A stretch of DNA of 64,000 bases, taken from a virus. Taxonomy: Duplodnaviria; Caudoviricetes. Positions 8,692 through 19,186 of the stretch are shown one piece after another. A model generated the notes under the pieces. That model was not told the origin of the DNA. It saw only the letters and a list, made by a program, of their open reading frames with translations, and ran no database searches. The stretch lies in the IMG/VR virus record IMGVR_UViG_3300028844_006787; one strand, given 5' to 3'. The position numbers were made by a program, and so were the translations under genes. Numbering within the stretch: the first letter of the stretch is position 1; every line of letters begins with the position of its first letter.

Positions 8692-11199
8692 ATGTATCAA
8701 AATATATTCGTAAGTAAAAAAGACAATCTCATTTATCTGTGGGATGATAAACAGGGACTAGTAACATTCAAGAATAAATCCTATGCATACAAAAAATCTC
8801 CAAGTGGGATGTATCGTAGTATGTATGGTGATAGATTAGAAAAGGTAACTCGTTATCGTTACGAAGATACCGATCTATTTGAATCAGATGTACCGATTGA
8901 AACACGTAATTTAATTGACCTTTACGAAGATGACGATGAACCAAGTACAGGTCATTGTGTTTTTAATTTTGATATTGAGGTTAGCATGGAAGGAGAATTA
9001 CCTGACACAGAAAGGGCAAATAATCCTATTACTTCCATTGCGTATCACGATAGTTGTTCAAATAATTACGTGGTTCTTGTTTTAGATAAGGAAGACAAAA
9101 TCACCGACTATTCTAATGATAAAGTTTCGGTTTACTCGTATGATACCGAACGAGCAATGCTTACACACTTTCTTGATTTTTATCAAGAGATTAGTCCGAC
9201 AATATTGACAGGTTGGAACATTGATTATTTTGATGTTCCGTATTTGTATCGTAGACTTGCACGAGTATTAGGACAAGAAGAAGCAAGTCGTTTGAGTCCT
9301 ATTGGACACGCATATTACCATCAGTTCAAGAAACGTATTGTCATCGCAGGTGTTAGTTGCTTGGATTATCTTGCGTTATACAAGAACTTTACATTTAGTG
9401 TTGAACCAAGTTATCGTTTGGATGCGATTGGTCGTAAAGAAGTTGGCATCGGTAAAGTTGAATATGAAGGTAATCTTGATGATTTGTTTTCACAAGACAT
9501 TGAGAAGTTCATTGAATACAATTTGAACGACGTAAAGATTGTTGTTGAGATTGATAAAAAGATGGAACTCATTGAATTGACTCGTAGCATTTGTCACGTT
9601 GGTCATGTTCCTTATGAAGACATTTTATTTTCGTCTCGTTATCTTGAAGGTGCATTGCTTACTTATCTTCGCAGACATAATCTTGTCGCACCAAATAAAG
9701 ACCCAAATGGTCGTGAACGATTCAATGAAATCAAAGGTGACGAGTCCAAGAAGTTTAGTGGTGCGTATGTAGCCGCACCGACACCAGGTAAATACAAGTG
9801 GGTGTTTGACTTGGATTTAACTTCTCTATATCCATCTATTATTATGTCCACAAATATTTCACCCGAAACCAAAGTGGGTGTTGTTGATAAGTGGAGTCCC
9901 GAAGATTTCTGTGATGGCAAACAAACCGAAGTGGGATTTCGTGGAGATACATATTCAGCAGACGAGTTCAAAACATTTTTGAAGGAAAACAATCTTGCTA
10001 TTAGTAGCAACGGTGTGATGTATACCAAAGAAAAAGTAGGACTTATTCCTGCGATTCTTGATCAATGGTTTAATCAACGTGTTGAGTTCAAGAATAAAAT
10101 GAAAGAGTATGGTAACGCAGGTGATGATGCCAAGTATGTATTCTATAAAAGAAGACAACACGTGCAAAAGATTCTTCTTAATTCGTTGTATGGTGTTCTT
10201 GGTTTGCCTATCTTTCGTTTTTACGATGTAGATAATGCAGAAGCAGTTACAACCACAGGTGTGTCGGTGATTAAGTTTAGTCGCAAAATTGCTAATCACT
10301 ATTACAACAAAACACTCGGTGATACAGAAGATCATTGTATTTACATTGATACCGACTCGGTGTTCTTTTCAGCATTGCCAATTGTAGAAAAAACGATGCC
10401 CAATGTTGATGTTGACAATGACGATGAAATGGCAACTGCTATTTTAGAAGTCGCAGATAATGTACAAACTTTTATCAACAAAAGTTATGACGTGATGGCA
10501 AAACGATTCTTTAATATTGAAGAGCATCGTTATGATATTAAACAAGAAGTTATTTCTAAAGCAAGTATTTGGTTGGCAAAGAAACGATATGCACAATGGA
10601 TTATCAACAACAACGGTGTTGCGTGTGATGAATTGGAAGTTAAAGGACTTGATGTTGTTCGTAGTAGTTTTCCAACTAGGTTTCGTAAGTTTATGACGGA
10701 AATCCTCAAAGATATTTTGAAGGATGTACCGAAAGAAGAAATTGATGAGAAGATTGTTACACTCAAAAAACAAGTTAAGAATGAAACCGTTGACGATATT
10801 GCAAAGACTAGTGCTGTTAAGAATATATCCAAGTATGTAAAGATGATGGATAAAGGTGCAGTTATGGGTGAGTGTGCAAAAAGTACACCTGCACACGTTA
10901 AATCAAGTATTATTCATAATCAGTTTCTCAAGAAGTTTAAAATACAAAGTGAACCTATTCGTAATGGTGAGAAAATCAAGTGGATTTATTTGAAGAACAA
11001 TGAACTTGGTTTAGATGCACTTGCGTTTCGTGGTTATGAAGACCCACCAGAACTTATGGAGTTTATTGAGAAGTACGCAGACAAAGATAAATTGTTTGAA
11101 CGAGAACTTGAAGGTAAGTTGCGTGACTTTTATGATGCACTTAGTTGGGACTTTGCAAGTGAGAATCTTGCGAATGCTCAAAAGTTTTTTGCTTTCTAA
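8692..11199 (+). CDS. Family B DNA polymerase with 3'-5' exonuclease (gp43-like)
   Basis: FDIE, GWNIDYFD, YNLND exonuclease motifs; DLTSLYPSII, KILLNSLYG, YIDTDS, KKRY polymerase motifs. Confidence 0.98.
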   Translation: MYQNIFVSKKDNLIYLWDDKQGLVTFKNKSYAYKKSPSGMYRSMYGDRLEKVTRYRYEDTDLFESDVPIETRNLIDLYEDDDEPSTGHCVFNFDIEVSMEGELPDTERANNPITSIAYHDSCSNNYVVLVLDKEDKITDYSNDKVSVYSYDTERAMLTHFLDFYQEISPTILTGWNIDYFDVPYLYRRLARVLGQEEASRLSPIGHAYYHQFKKRIVIAGVSCLDYLALYKNFTFSVEPSYRLDAIGRKEVGIGKVEYEGNLDDLFSQDIEKFIEYNLNDVKIVVEIDKKMELIELTRSICHVGHVPYEDILFSSRYLEGALLTYLRRHNLVAPNKDPNGRERFNEIKGDESKKFSGAYVAAPTPGKYKWVFDLDLTSLYPSIIMSTNISPETKVGVVDKWSPEDFCDGKQTEVGFRGDTYSADEFKTFLKENNLAISSNGVMYTKEKVGLIPAILDQWFNQRVEFKNKMKEYGNAGDDAKYVFYKRRQHVQKILLNSLYGVLGLPIFRFYDVDNAEAVTTTGVSVIKFSRKIANHYYNKTLGDTEDHCIYIDTDSVFFSALPIVEKTMPNVDVDNDDEMATAILEVADNVQTFINKSYDVMAKRFFNIEEHRYDIKQEVISKASIWLAKKRYAQWIINNNGVACDELEVKGLDVVRSSFPTRFRKFMTEILKDILKDVPKEEIDEKIVTLKKQVKNETVDDIAKTSAVKNISKYVKMMDKGAVMGECAKSTPAHVKSSIIHNQFLKKFKIQSEPIRNGEKIKWIYLKNNELGLDALAFRGYEDPPELMEFIEKYADKDKLFERELEGKLRDFYDALSWDFASENLANAQKFFAF

Positions 11200-12095
11200 T
11201 GGCAAACTATAATCAAATACTTCCAATCAGAAAAGATTGTAGAATTGATGAACAATTCGGTTGGTTGCCTTTGAGTGTATTAGAACCAAGTCGTGATCAT
11301 CGTGAACAGTGGCCGGAAGCATATCTTGATGATGGAATTCGTGAAACAAAACGAAGTAAAGATGCAGAGAATCTTCCTGGCCTTAGGTTCAGTGAGTTTC
11401 ACGCGGGATTAGCAGAGCAAATACTTCGTTATTGGAGTATGCGTGGAAGTGTAATTGTAGACCCATTTGCGGGTCGTGCTACACGTGCTATGGTTGCGAG
11501 TAAACTTGGCCGCAACTATCAAGGTTATGAAGTATCACAACAAACATATACACGATGTATGAAGCATTTTGAAAAGTTCAAGGTATCTCCTAAACTTTTT
11601 AATGGAGATGGAACAGAAATGCTTCACACACAAAATGAAACTGCCGATCTGGTGTTTACGTGCCCCCCGTATCACAATCTTGAAAAGTATGAAGCCGCAA
11701 AAAATCAATTAAGTGAATGTGAAACATACGAAGACTTTATGGTTCAAATTCAAAAGTGTGGTAAAAATATAAATCGTGTTTTGAAACCAGGAGCATTTTG
11801 TGTATGGGTTGTTTCAGATTGGAGAGATATGACCGGTAGTGGTCTTCGTAGTTTTCATTCGGACTTGATTACTTCATTTGTAAACGAAGGAATGATTCAC
11901 CACGATACAATCATTATGAAGAATCTTAGTCCATTTGCTTATGTTCAATGTGCAAAAGTAGCAAGCAAAAGATACACAAGTAAAATACACGAATATATTA
12001 TGGTTTTCCGCAAAAAAGGTGAATACGAAATACCTGAGTATTGTGAGCAAGACGAACTTCGTGTTAACTCAAATAAGTTTTTTAGTTATGAATAA
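11199..12095 (+). CDS. Orphan DNA methyltransferase
   Basis: VDPFAGRATR (motif I) then FTCPPYHNLE (motif IV); TAATG coupling to polymerase stop. Confidence 0.9.
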   Translation: MANYNQILPIRKDCRIDEQFGWLPLSVLEPSRDHREQWPEAYLDDGIRETKRSKDAENLPGLRFSEFHAGLAEQILRYWSMRGSVIVDPFAGRATRAMVASKLGRNYQGYEVSQQTYTRCMKHFEKFKVSPKLFNGDGTEMLHTQNETADLVFTCPPYHNLEKYEAAKNQLSECETYEDFMVQIQKCGKNINRVLKPGAFCVWVVSDWRDMTGSGLRSFHSDLITSFVNEGMIHHDTIIMKNLSPFAYVQCAKVASKRYTSKIHEYIMVFRKKGEYEIPEYCEQDELRVNSNKFFSYE

Positions 12096-13383
12096 AATAA
12101 TCAATGGAGATAGTTTAAAAGTTCTCAAGAAACTTGAGGACGAATCGGTAGACCTAGTGTGTACAGACCCACCTTATGGTTATTCGTTTATGAATCGTGA
12201 TTGGGACAAAGCAGTTCCTGCATTAGAAATTTGGCAAGAGTGTCTACGAGTTTTGAAACCAGGAGGATTCTGCTTTGTTATGTCAGCACCTCGTTCCGAT
12301 GTACAAAGTCGTATGATGGTTCGTTTAGAAGATGCAGGATTTAATATTGGATTCACTCCGATTTATTGGACATACGCAACTGGTTTCCCAAAAGCAACAA
12401 ATATAGGAAAACTTGCCGACAAAAAAAATTATGATGAAGCAAAATTACTTGAAGGTTCTTATGTAGGTTTTCAACCGAAACCTGCGGTGGAAGTTGTACT
12501 TGTCGCAATGAAACCAATCACAGAAAAAACTACTCTTGAACAAGCAATGAAAAATGGTAAAGGAGTTACTTGGTTAGACGATTGTAGAATTCCCTATGTA
12601 AACGAAAATGATATTATTCCTCAACTTAGAGATAATAAACGAATTGTAAATAGTCGTGAAATGTATGGTGGCACAAGTTATCATAAATCAAAAACCCAAG
12701 CAATTATCGGAGGAAACACAGACGGAAGATTCGCAGCCAATTTAATTGTACAAGATGATGTACTTAATGACGGAGTAAAACGAAGCAAAGGAAAACACAC
12801 AGATAGTGGAAGTGCATCTGGTGGTATTTGGCAAGAAAGCACAGGCAAACCCGCCGGAAGAACTTACGGAGACGAAGGATCATTCTCACGATTCTACGAT
12901 TTAGATGCTTGGTGGAAATCACAAATACATAAATTGCCCGAAAGTGTTCAAAAGACTTTTCCTTTTATGATTGTTGCAAAAGCAAGCAAAGCAGAAAAAA
13001 ACAAAGGTCTTGAACATCTTCCTAAAAAGAAAAGTTCTTCAATGCCAGGAAGAAGAAATGCAGAAGATATGAGCAATAGCAAAATCGACCACGATGTTAC
13101 TGGTAGATTTGTCACGGAAAAACAAAATGTTCATCCAACCGTTAAACCGATTGAACTTATGAGTTATTTAATAACACTTGGAAGTCGTGAAAATGATGTT
13201 GTTGTTGATCCGTTTGTCGGAAGTGGAACAACTTGTATTGCGGCTAAAATGCTTGATAGAAAATATATCGGAATTGAAAAAGAAAAGGATTATGCTATTA
13301 TTGCTAAAACACGAGTAAATGATGCGGAAAGTCCTACACAAGCAAGTGATAAAAATAAAAGCAAAGAATTCTTTGCATTTTGA
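12088..13383 (+). CDS. Orphan DNA methyltransferase, beta class (N6_N4_Mtase)
   Basis: Likely start MNKIINGDSL at 12088; TDPPY, HPTVKP, DPFVGSGTT. Confidence 0.93.
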   Translation: MNKIINGDSLKVLKKLEDESVDLVCTDPPYGYSFMNRDWDKAVPALEIWQECLRVLKPGGFCFVMSAPRSDVQSRMMVRLEDAGFNIGFTPIYWTYATGFPKATNIGKLADKKNYDEAKLLEGSYVGFQPKPAVEVVLVAMKPITEKTTLEQAMKNGKGVTWLDDCRIPYVNENDIIPQLRDNKRIVNSREMYGGTSYHKSKTQAIIGGNTDGRFAANLIVQDDVLNDGVKRSKGKHTDSGSASGGIWQESTGKPAGRTYGDEGSFSRFYDLDAWWKSQIHKLPESVQKTFPFMIVAKASKAEKNKGLEHLPKKKSSSMPGRRNAEDMSNSKIDHDVTGRFVTEKQNVHPTVKPIELMSYLITLGSRENDVVVDPFVGSGTTCIAAKMLDRKYIGIEKEKDYAIIAKTRVNDAESPTQASDKNKSKEFFAF

Positions 13384-13423
13384 CTTGTATATACATATAT
13401 AAATATATAAAATATAAAACATC

Positions 13424-14542
13424 ATGGAACAGAACTATACAAAATTAGCAGACCTTCTTGTAAGGCATAGTGTATCTTTAAAGAAAGGTGAAAAGGTTTT
13501 AATAGATAATACCGAAGTGCCAGAGAACATGACGATTGCACTTGTTCGTGCAGTTCGTGAATATGGAGGAATACCTTTCGTACAAACATCACAGAGTCGT
13601 ATAGGTCGTGAGGTGATGCTTCATGCAACCAAAGAGCAGATGGAAATCTTTATGAAGTTTGCTATGCCTAAGATTCAAGAAATGGATGCGTATATTGCTA
13701 TTGCAGGTTCTCATAATATATACGAAACAAGTGATGTTGATCCAGATATTAAAACGATGATGTCTAAGATCACCAAACCATATCTTGATTATCGTGTAAA
13801 TGAAACCAAGTGGTGTATTTTAAGATGGCCGCATCCTGCTATGGCACAACAAGCAAATATGAGTACAGAAGCATTTGAGAACTTTTACTTTGATGTTTGT
13901 ACATTTGATTATGCTAAGTTTAATCCAGGTATGAGCAATCTGCAAAAGAGAATGCAGAATGCAGATAAAGTTCATATTAAAGGAGATGATACAGATTTGC
14001 GTTTCTCTATAAAAGGAATCGGTGCAGTTGCGTGTGGTGGTACACATAATATACCAGACGGAGAAGTATTTAGTTGTCCTATTAAAGATAGTGTTGAAGG
14101 ACACATTCAGTTTAATGCTCCAACAATTTATCGTGGAATTGACTTTGACGGAATTCGGTTGGAATTCAAAAAAGGGAAGATTATTGATGCTACTGCAAAT
14201 AGTGATGCAAGCACCGAGTCATTAAATGAAATTCTTGATAGTGACGATGGAGCAAGATACATTGGTGAATTTGCTATTGGATTCAATCCATATGTTACAC
14301 ATCCAATGCGTGATATTTTATTTGACGAAAAAATCGGTGGAAGTTTTCATTTTACACCCGGTCAATGCTATGATGATGCAAGCAACGGAAATGATTCACA
14401 AGTACATTGGGATATGGTAAAGATTCAGAGACCAGATTATGGAGGTGGTGAAATTTACTTTGACGATGAACTTATTCGTAAGGATGGTGAGTTTGTTGTT
14501 AGTGACTTGATACCACTTAATCCAAGTGAGTTATTAAAATAA
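13424..14542 (+). CDS. Aminopeptidase, M29 (AmpS/PepS thermophilic metalloprotease) family
   Basis: [39 protein letters not shown]. Confidence 0.93.
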   Translation: MEQNYTKLADLLVRHSVSLKKGEKVLIDNTEVPENMTIALVRAVREYGGIPFVQTSQSRIGREVMLHATKEQMEIFMKFAMPKIQEMDAYIAIAGSHNIYETSDVDPDIKTMMSKITKPYLDYRVNETKWCILRWPHPAMAQQANMSTEAFENFYFDVCTFDYAKFNPGMSNLQKRMQNADKVHIKGDDTDLRFSIKGIGAVACGGTHNIPDGEVFSCPIKDSVEGHIQFNAPTIYRGIDFDGIRLEFKKGKIIDATANSDASTESLNEILDSDDGARYIGEFAIGFNPYVTHPMRDILFDEKIGGSFHFTPGQCYDDASNGNDSQVHWDMVKIQRPDYGGGEIYFDDELIRKDGEFVVSDLIPLNPSELLK

Positions 14543-14597
14543 GTGTTGACTAATTCGTTCTCAAAATATATTATATATACATATATAAATAAATAAA

Positions 14598-14993
14598 ATG
14601 TTATTTGGAGACTTATTTGAATTAGAAGATGAACTGGAACGAGATAAACATCGTTACGGTAAAGATAACTTTAATTCAACACTATATAAAGTAGACGATA
14701 CTAAAAGTGACATTAAGTTTTATATGATTTACCAAGCATTTCTTGAATGTCATCTCGTTATGAAAAACAATAATGTGTGTGAACACAAGTTGTATGATTT
14801 AAAGAGTATGAAACCAACTAATAGAATTTTAGAAATTACAGAAAACGGTAACACAGAGTTTTTTAATATAGAAAGTTTTATAGATGCCTCGGTAAATAAA
14901 AACTCATTTAGAATAAACAATACATCAGGAAAAGAAGTAAATCTCATTCCATGTCAACTTAGGAGCATGATTACCGATGGACGTGTACAATAA
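14598..14993 (+). CDS. Hypothetical protein
   Basis: 131 aa behind TTGACT promoter at ~14546. Confidence 0.65.
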   Translation: MLFGDLFELEDELERDKHRYGKDNFNSTLYKVDDTKSDIKFYMIYQAFLECHLVMKNNNVCEHKLYDLKSMKPTNRILEITENGNTEFFNIESFIDASVNKNSFRINNTSGKEVNLIPCQLRSMITDGRVQ

Positions 14994-15237
14994 AACCAAA
15001 TCAACACCTCACATTGAAGTAATTGATATAAGTAAAAACAATGAAACCAACGAAACTGCATTGCATTTTGAAGTTAATGAAGCATTTCTAGAACTAGTTA
15101 AAAAAGATACAAAAACCGAAGAAATAACACAAGAACAACTAAGTGAGTATGTAACAAAACTAGTATCTAATTGTGCAGATTTTAAGAATGGATATAGTTA
15201 CGATAAAATTACTGAATTACCAAATGATTATATTTAA
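14977..15237 (+). CDS. Hypothetical protein
   Basis: 86 aa, overlapping neighbours in operon. Confidence 0.65.
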   Translation: MDVYNKTKSTPHIEVIDISKNNETNETALHFEVNEAFLELVKKDTKTEEITQEQLSEYVTKLVSNCADFKNGYSYDKITELPNDYI

Positions 15238-15488
15238 TGAAATATAAAACTCATAAAAAATTAAAAAAGTTATTAGAGTCAAAACTAGAATCAGAGACTT
15301 TAGTTCTTGAAAAACTAATAACTGATGATACAAAAAATTTAGATGATCTTGAAGATTCCATCGAAGAAATTTGTAAATTAAATTCAAAACTGAAATTCCT
15401 CGACTCGTTATTCAGAACAGAATCGTATGATGAAGATAATAATCCTGTTCTACGTGACCAAGAAGGTAACATTCAGTGGAAATTTTAA
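15237..15488 (+). CDS. Hypothetical coiled-coil protein
   Basis: 83 aa, TAATG coupling. Confidence 0.65.
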   Translation: MKYKTHKKLKKLLESKLESETLVLEKLITDDTKNLDDLEDSIEEICKLNSKLKFLDSLFRTESYDEDNNPVLRDQEGNIQWKF

Positions 15489-15535
15489 TAAAACAACCAT
15501 TGACAAATAACAATTAAAATAATAATATATAAACT

Positions 15536-16261
15536 ATGAAAAAAGATAAAGTACTACAATTCATTTCTCGTTACAATCTTAATGGTAACGTAGAATCAGT
15601 TAAGTGGGAAACCAACGGAGACAACGTTTGCGAAACCACCTTCATTACAGATGACAAGAGTGTTCTGGGTAAAGTATCCGCAAAGGATTTTAATCTCACA
15701 GAAGGTGAAGTAGGTGTTTACGATACTGCAAAGTTAAAGCAATTATTGTCAGTCGTGGGTGACGAAATTAATGTGGAAGTCGTTGAAAAGAATGAAAAGA
15801 ATGTTAGTGTTAGTGTATCAGACGAAAACACTAGTGTTAATTTCATGCTTGCAGACTTAGCAGTTATTCCAAATGTACCCGCTTTGAAGGATCTTCCAGA
15901 TTTTGATTTGCAAATTCCATTTAGCAATGATTTCGCAAAAAAGTTCGTTCGTTCAGCAAGTGCATTAAGTGATGTTGATACATTTACCATCGTTCCATCA
16001 AAGGATGGAATTCAGTTGGTTATTGGATACTCAACCATCAATAGCAATCGCATTGCTCTTAATGCGATAAACGAAGGTTCAGGAACCATCTCTGACCCTA
16101 TTAGTTTTTCCGCAAAGTATTTTAAGGAAATTCTTAATGCTAATAGTGACTCAGAAAAGAGTGTACTTAATGTAAGTTCCAAAGGAATTGCAAGCATTGA
16201 GTTTGAAGTCGGTGACTTCCGTAGCAGTTATTACTTGGTTGAAATTCAAACAACCGATTAA
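15536..16261 (+). CDS. DNA polymerase sliding clamp (gp45/PCNA-like)
   Basis: 241 aa acidic, beta-rich; GVYDTAKLKQLL and FSAKYFKEIL..YYLV patterns; directly upstream of clamp loader. Confidence 0.85.
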   Translation: MKKDKVLQFISRYNLNGNVESVKWETNGDNVCETTFITDDKSVLGKVSAKDFNLTEGEVGVYDTAKLKQLLSVVGDEINVEVVEKNEKNVSVSVSDENTSVNFMLADLAVIPNVPALKDLPDFDLQIPFSNDFAKKFVRSASALSDVDTFTIVPSKDGIQLVIGYSTINSNRIALNAINEGSGTISDPISFSAKYFKEILNANSDSEKSVLNVSSKGIASIEFEVGDFRSSYYLVEIQTTD

Positions 16262-17217
16262 TGAACTTTTTAGAAGAAGCAACACAGTCTCCAGTTGAAT
16301 CGGAAAATAGTCTTTGGGTTGAGAAATATCGACCCAAAGACTTGTCTGATTATATCGGAAACGAACCATTAAAGAAACGAGCATCTTCTTGGATTGAGTC
16401 TAAGGACATTCCTCATTTGCTTTTGTATGGAAAAGCAGGTACAGGTAAAACAACTTTAGGTAAGTTGATTACCAAACGAATTCCTTGTGACTATTTGTAT
16501 ATCAATGCAAGTGATGAAAACAATGTAGATACTGTTCGTACCAAGATTAAGTCGTTCGCAAGTAGTATGGGATTTGCTGATCTAAAAATTGTTCTACTCG
16601 ATGAGTGTGACTTTCTTACAGGTAATGCTCAGGCTGCTTTAAGAAATCTTATGGAGCAGTTCAGTGCCACTACTCGTTTTATTCTTACTTGTAATTACCA
16701 CGAAAAAATCATTGAACCGATTGTTAGTCGTTGTCAGACTTTCAATATTGTTCCTCCTAATCGTAAAGATGTTGCAGTTCATCTTGCTAAGATTCTTGCA
16801 AAGCAAGGCATCAAAGCACAACCTGATGATATTGCATTGATTGTAAACAAAGGATATCCTGATATTCGTAAGGTAATCAACAACGCACAACAAAATAGTA
16901 TCAATGGTACTCTTGAGATTATCAAAGAAGACCTTATTGAAGGTGACTATAAGTTAAAGTTGTTGGACATTCTAAAGAATGCAAGTAAAGACAAAAAGAA
17001 TGCTTGGTTAACTGCTCGTCAACTTATTGCAAATGAAAAAATAAATGACTTCACGGACGTTTACAAGTTTTTATTTGATAATGTAGATGAGTATGCTCCT
17101 GGTAAAAGTGCAAACATTGTTATTATGCTTGATCAACAAACTTACCACGATAGTTTAGTTGTTGATAAAGAAATTACATTTGCATCAACCATAGCACAAA
17201 TCGTTCAAACACTATGA
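16261..17217 (+). CDS. Clamp loader AAA+ subunit (gp44/RFC-like)
   Basis: LWVEKYRP, GKAGTGKTT, INASDE, LLDECD, SRC motifs. Confidence 0.96.
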   Translation: MNFLEEATQSPVESENSLWVEKYRPKDLSDYIGNEPLKKRASSWIESKDIPHLLLYGKAGTGKTTLGKLITKRIPCDYLYINASDENNVDTVRTKIKSFASSMGFADLKIVLLDECDFLTGNAQAALRNLMEQFSATTRFILTCNYHEKIIEPIVSRCQTFNIVPPNRKDVAVHLAKILAKQGIKAQPDDIALIVNKGYPDIRKVINNAQQNSINGTLEIIKEDLIEGDYKLKLLDILKNASKDKKNAWLTARQLIANEKINDFTDVYKFLFDNVDEYAPGKSANIVIMLDQQTYHDSLVVDKEITFASTIAQIVQTL

Positions 17218-17330
17218 ATAAGAATCTAAAAAATAGGTTATATGCAGTTTACGAACTACTTGGTGGAATTGTCGCATTTAGTTTCATTATTTGTTTACAG
17301 GTTTGGTATATTCTTACCGGTAACGAATAA
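17214..17330 (+). CDS. Small membrane peptide (38 aa, not in ORF track)
   Basis: ATGA overlap with clamp-loader stop; one hydrophobic helix. Confidence 0.5.
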   Translation: MNKNLKNRLYAVYELLGGIVAFSFIICLQVWYILTGNE

Positions 17331-17356
17331 ACTTTTCAAAAAAAGGTTATATCTAA

Positions 17357-17389
17357 AAGAACCATTCTTATGATTGGTTCTTTTTTTTT
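17357..17389 (+). terminator. Intrinsic terminator
   Basis: AAAGAACCA...TGGTTCTTT followed by T-run. Confidence 0.75.
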
Positions 17390-17407
17390 ATTACTATATT
17401 TATATTA

Positions 17408-18124
17408 ATGAACAATTATGATGATGCTTTAAATTATATAAATGAACAAGAAAAACTTCCAATTGATTATTGCAAAATTGTAGACAATTCAAAAAATTTG
17501 ATTGTAAGTTTTGCAAGTTTTGGGAAAACATATTACGAAAGAAAATCAAGTTTATTGAAATTAAAATACGAAAGAAACGATTTTGATATATTATATATTA
17601 AAAAACCAAGAACTTGGTATCTCGGAGGAATCGGTGGAATAGGTAAAAATATAAATCACACTATTGCGTTTCTTAGAAAAGAATTTGCAAAATATGATAA
17701 AGTCGTCTGTGTTGGAATTAGTATGGGTGGATATGCATCTATATTATTTGGTAGTTTATTGAATGTTGATTGTGTAATAGTAAATCGTCCACAAACAGAT
17801 TTAGATTATACCATAAATAATTGTATACCTGCAAGAGATGAATCAAAAAAGTTTCCCGGTAAATGTAAGGCAGAAAATTTATATGAAGCAAGGCTTGGTT
17901 TAAGTAAAATAATTGACTTTAAATCATTTGAAAAATATAAAAACTTAAATAAATTTATCAATAACTCTACTATTTACTATGTTAATAATTTTGACAACAC
18001 TGATCATGGTTGGCACGGTATACATCACTATAATAATATAAAAAATTTTAAAAATGTAGTATTGAGAGGTATGGAAAAAGACGACAATATAACACCTTTA
18101 CTTACAGATATTTTAGATAAATAA
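17408..18124 (+). CDS. Alpha/beta hydrolase fold protein
   Basis: VGISMGGYASI nucleophile elbow. Confidence 0.75.
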   Translation: MNNYDDALNYINEQEKLPIDYCKIVDNSKNLIVSFASFGKTYYERKSSLLKLKYERNDFDILYIKKPRTWYLGGIGGIGKNINHTIAFLRKEFAKYDKVVCVGISMGGYASILFGSLLNVDCVIVNRPQTDLDYTINNCIPARDESKKFPGKCKAENLYEARLGLSKIIDFKSFEKYKNLNKFINNSTIYYVNNFDNTDHGWHGIHHYNNIKNFKNVVLRGMEKDDNITPLLTDILDK

Positions 18125-18129
18125 AAATA

Positions 18130-19122
18130 TTATATTTTATTATTTTTTATTCGAGAGTTTGCAATCTCACAAAACTCTTTATTTATTTCAAATCCAATAA
18201 AATTTCTATTGGTATTTATAGAAGCAAGTGAGGTACTTCCACTTCCTATATACGGATCAAGCACAATACCACCATCAGGACATACAAGAGGAATTATTCT
18301 TTCTATAAGTGAACTTGGATATATAGCAGAGTGTTTGGTATTTTTATGATTTGCAACTGCATGACTTAATACATCAGTTTTCATTTTTTGTCCGTGCATA
18401 CGAATAATAGTGAATCCTTGATTTTTTAATTGATTAGTTCTTCCTCCCTGCTGACCACCATACGCAGGAGCATGAACACCACGAATCTTTATTCTAAAGT
18501 CGTATAAATCACCACTACGATATTCATTGATAGTTTTTAATATCTGAGATTTAGCAAATCGTTTTTCGGACTCGGATAGATCAGAGTGTTTCAACATTTC
18601 AATGTATTTAAGACCTTTTGTTTGTGATTTGTTTTTATTTAAATCAACATTAATTTTTTCAAATGAATCTTTGTCATAGTAGTAAGATTTATTTAATGTA
18701 AAATGAAAAAAAGGTTCGGTTGAATTAACAAGTCTAGTTTTACATTGATGTGGAGTCGGATTTGTTTTATGCCATTGTATAACATTAACAAGATATAAAT
18801 TTAAATTAGTTTGAAGATGTTCCGCAAATTTATATGGAATTAATTGCAATCCTCCCTTTGGTAAATACTTGTCTCCTAAATTGTATATTATACTACCACT
18901 TGGTTTTACAACTCTTACAAGTTCTTTAACAACTTTACTTAATGATTCTATATACTCAGAAATAGTTTCTTCTTCACCTACACTACTTCCATAATCTCTT
19001 TGTTGAAAATAAGGAGGTGATGTAATAACACAATCAACATAATCAGTTGGAAGTTGTTTGCATAATTCATAACAATCTCCGTTTACTATTTGATTTAAAT
19101 AAGTTTGTTTTGCAACAGACAT
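18130..19122 (-). CDS. Orphan DNA methyltransferase, beta class (probable N4-cytosine)
   Basis: ITSPPYF; HSAIYP; LDPYIGSGST. Confidence 0.93.
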   Translation of the reverse strand: MSVAKQTYLNQIVNGDCYELCKQLPTDYVDCVITSPPYFQQRDYGSSVGEEETISEYIESLSKVVKELVRVVKPSGSIIYNLGDKYLPKGGLQLIPYKFAEHLQTNLNLYLVNVIQWHKTNPTPHQCKTRLVNSTEPFFHFTLNKSYYYDKDSFEKINVDLNKNKSQTKGLKYIEMLKHSDLSESEKRFAKSQILKTINEYRSGDLYDFRIKIRGVHAPAYGGQQGGRTNQLKNQGFTIIRMHGQKMKTDVLSHAVANHKNTKHSAIYPSSLIERIIPLVCPDGGIVLDPYIGSGSTSLASINTNRNFIGFEINKEFCEIANSRIKNNKI

Positions 19123-19186
19123 AAAGTCAGTATGTCAGTTTATTTTAAAATAGTCAATTTAATAAGAATGTATATATTTATACTTG

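Noticed and set aside
8692-11199. Intein or intron in the DNA polymerase
   Set aside because: 835 aa with all motifs at normal spacing; no insertion visible.
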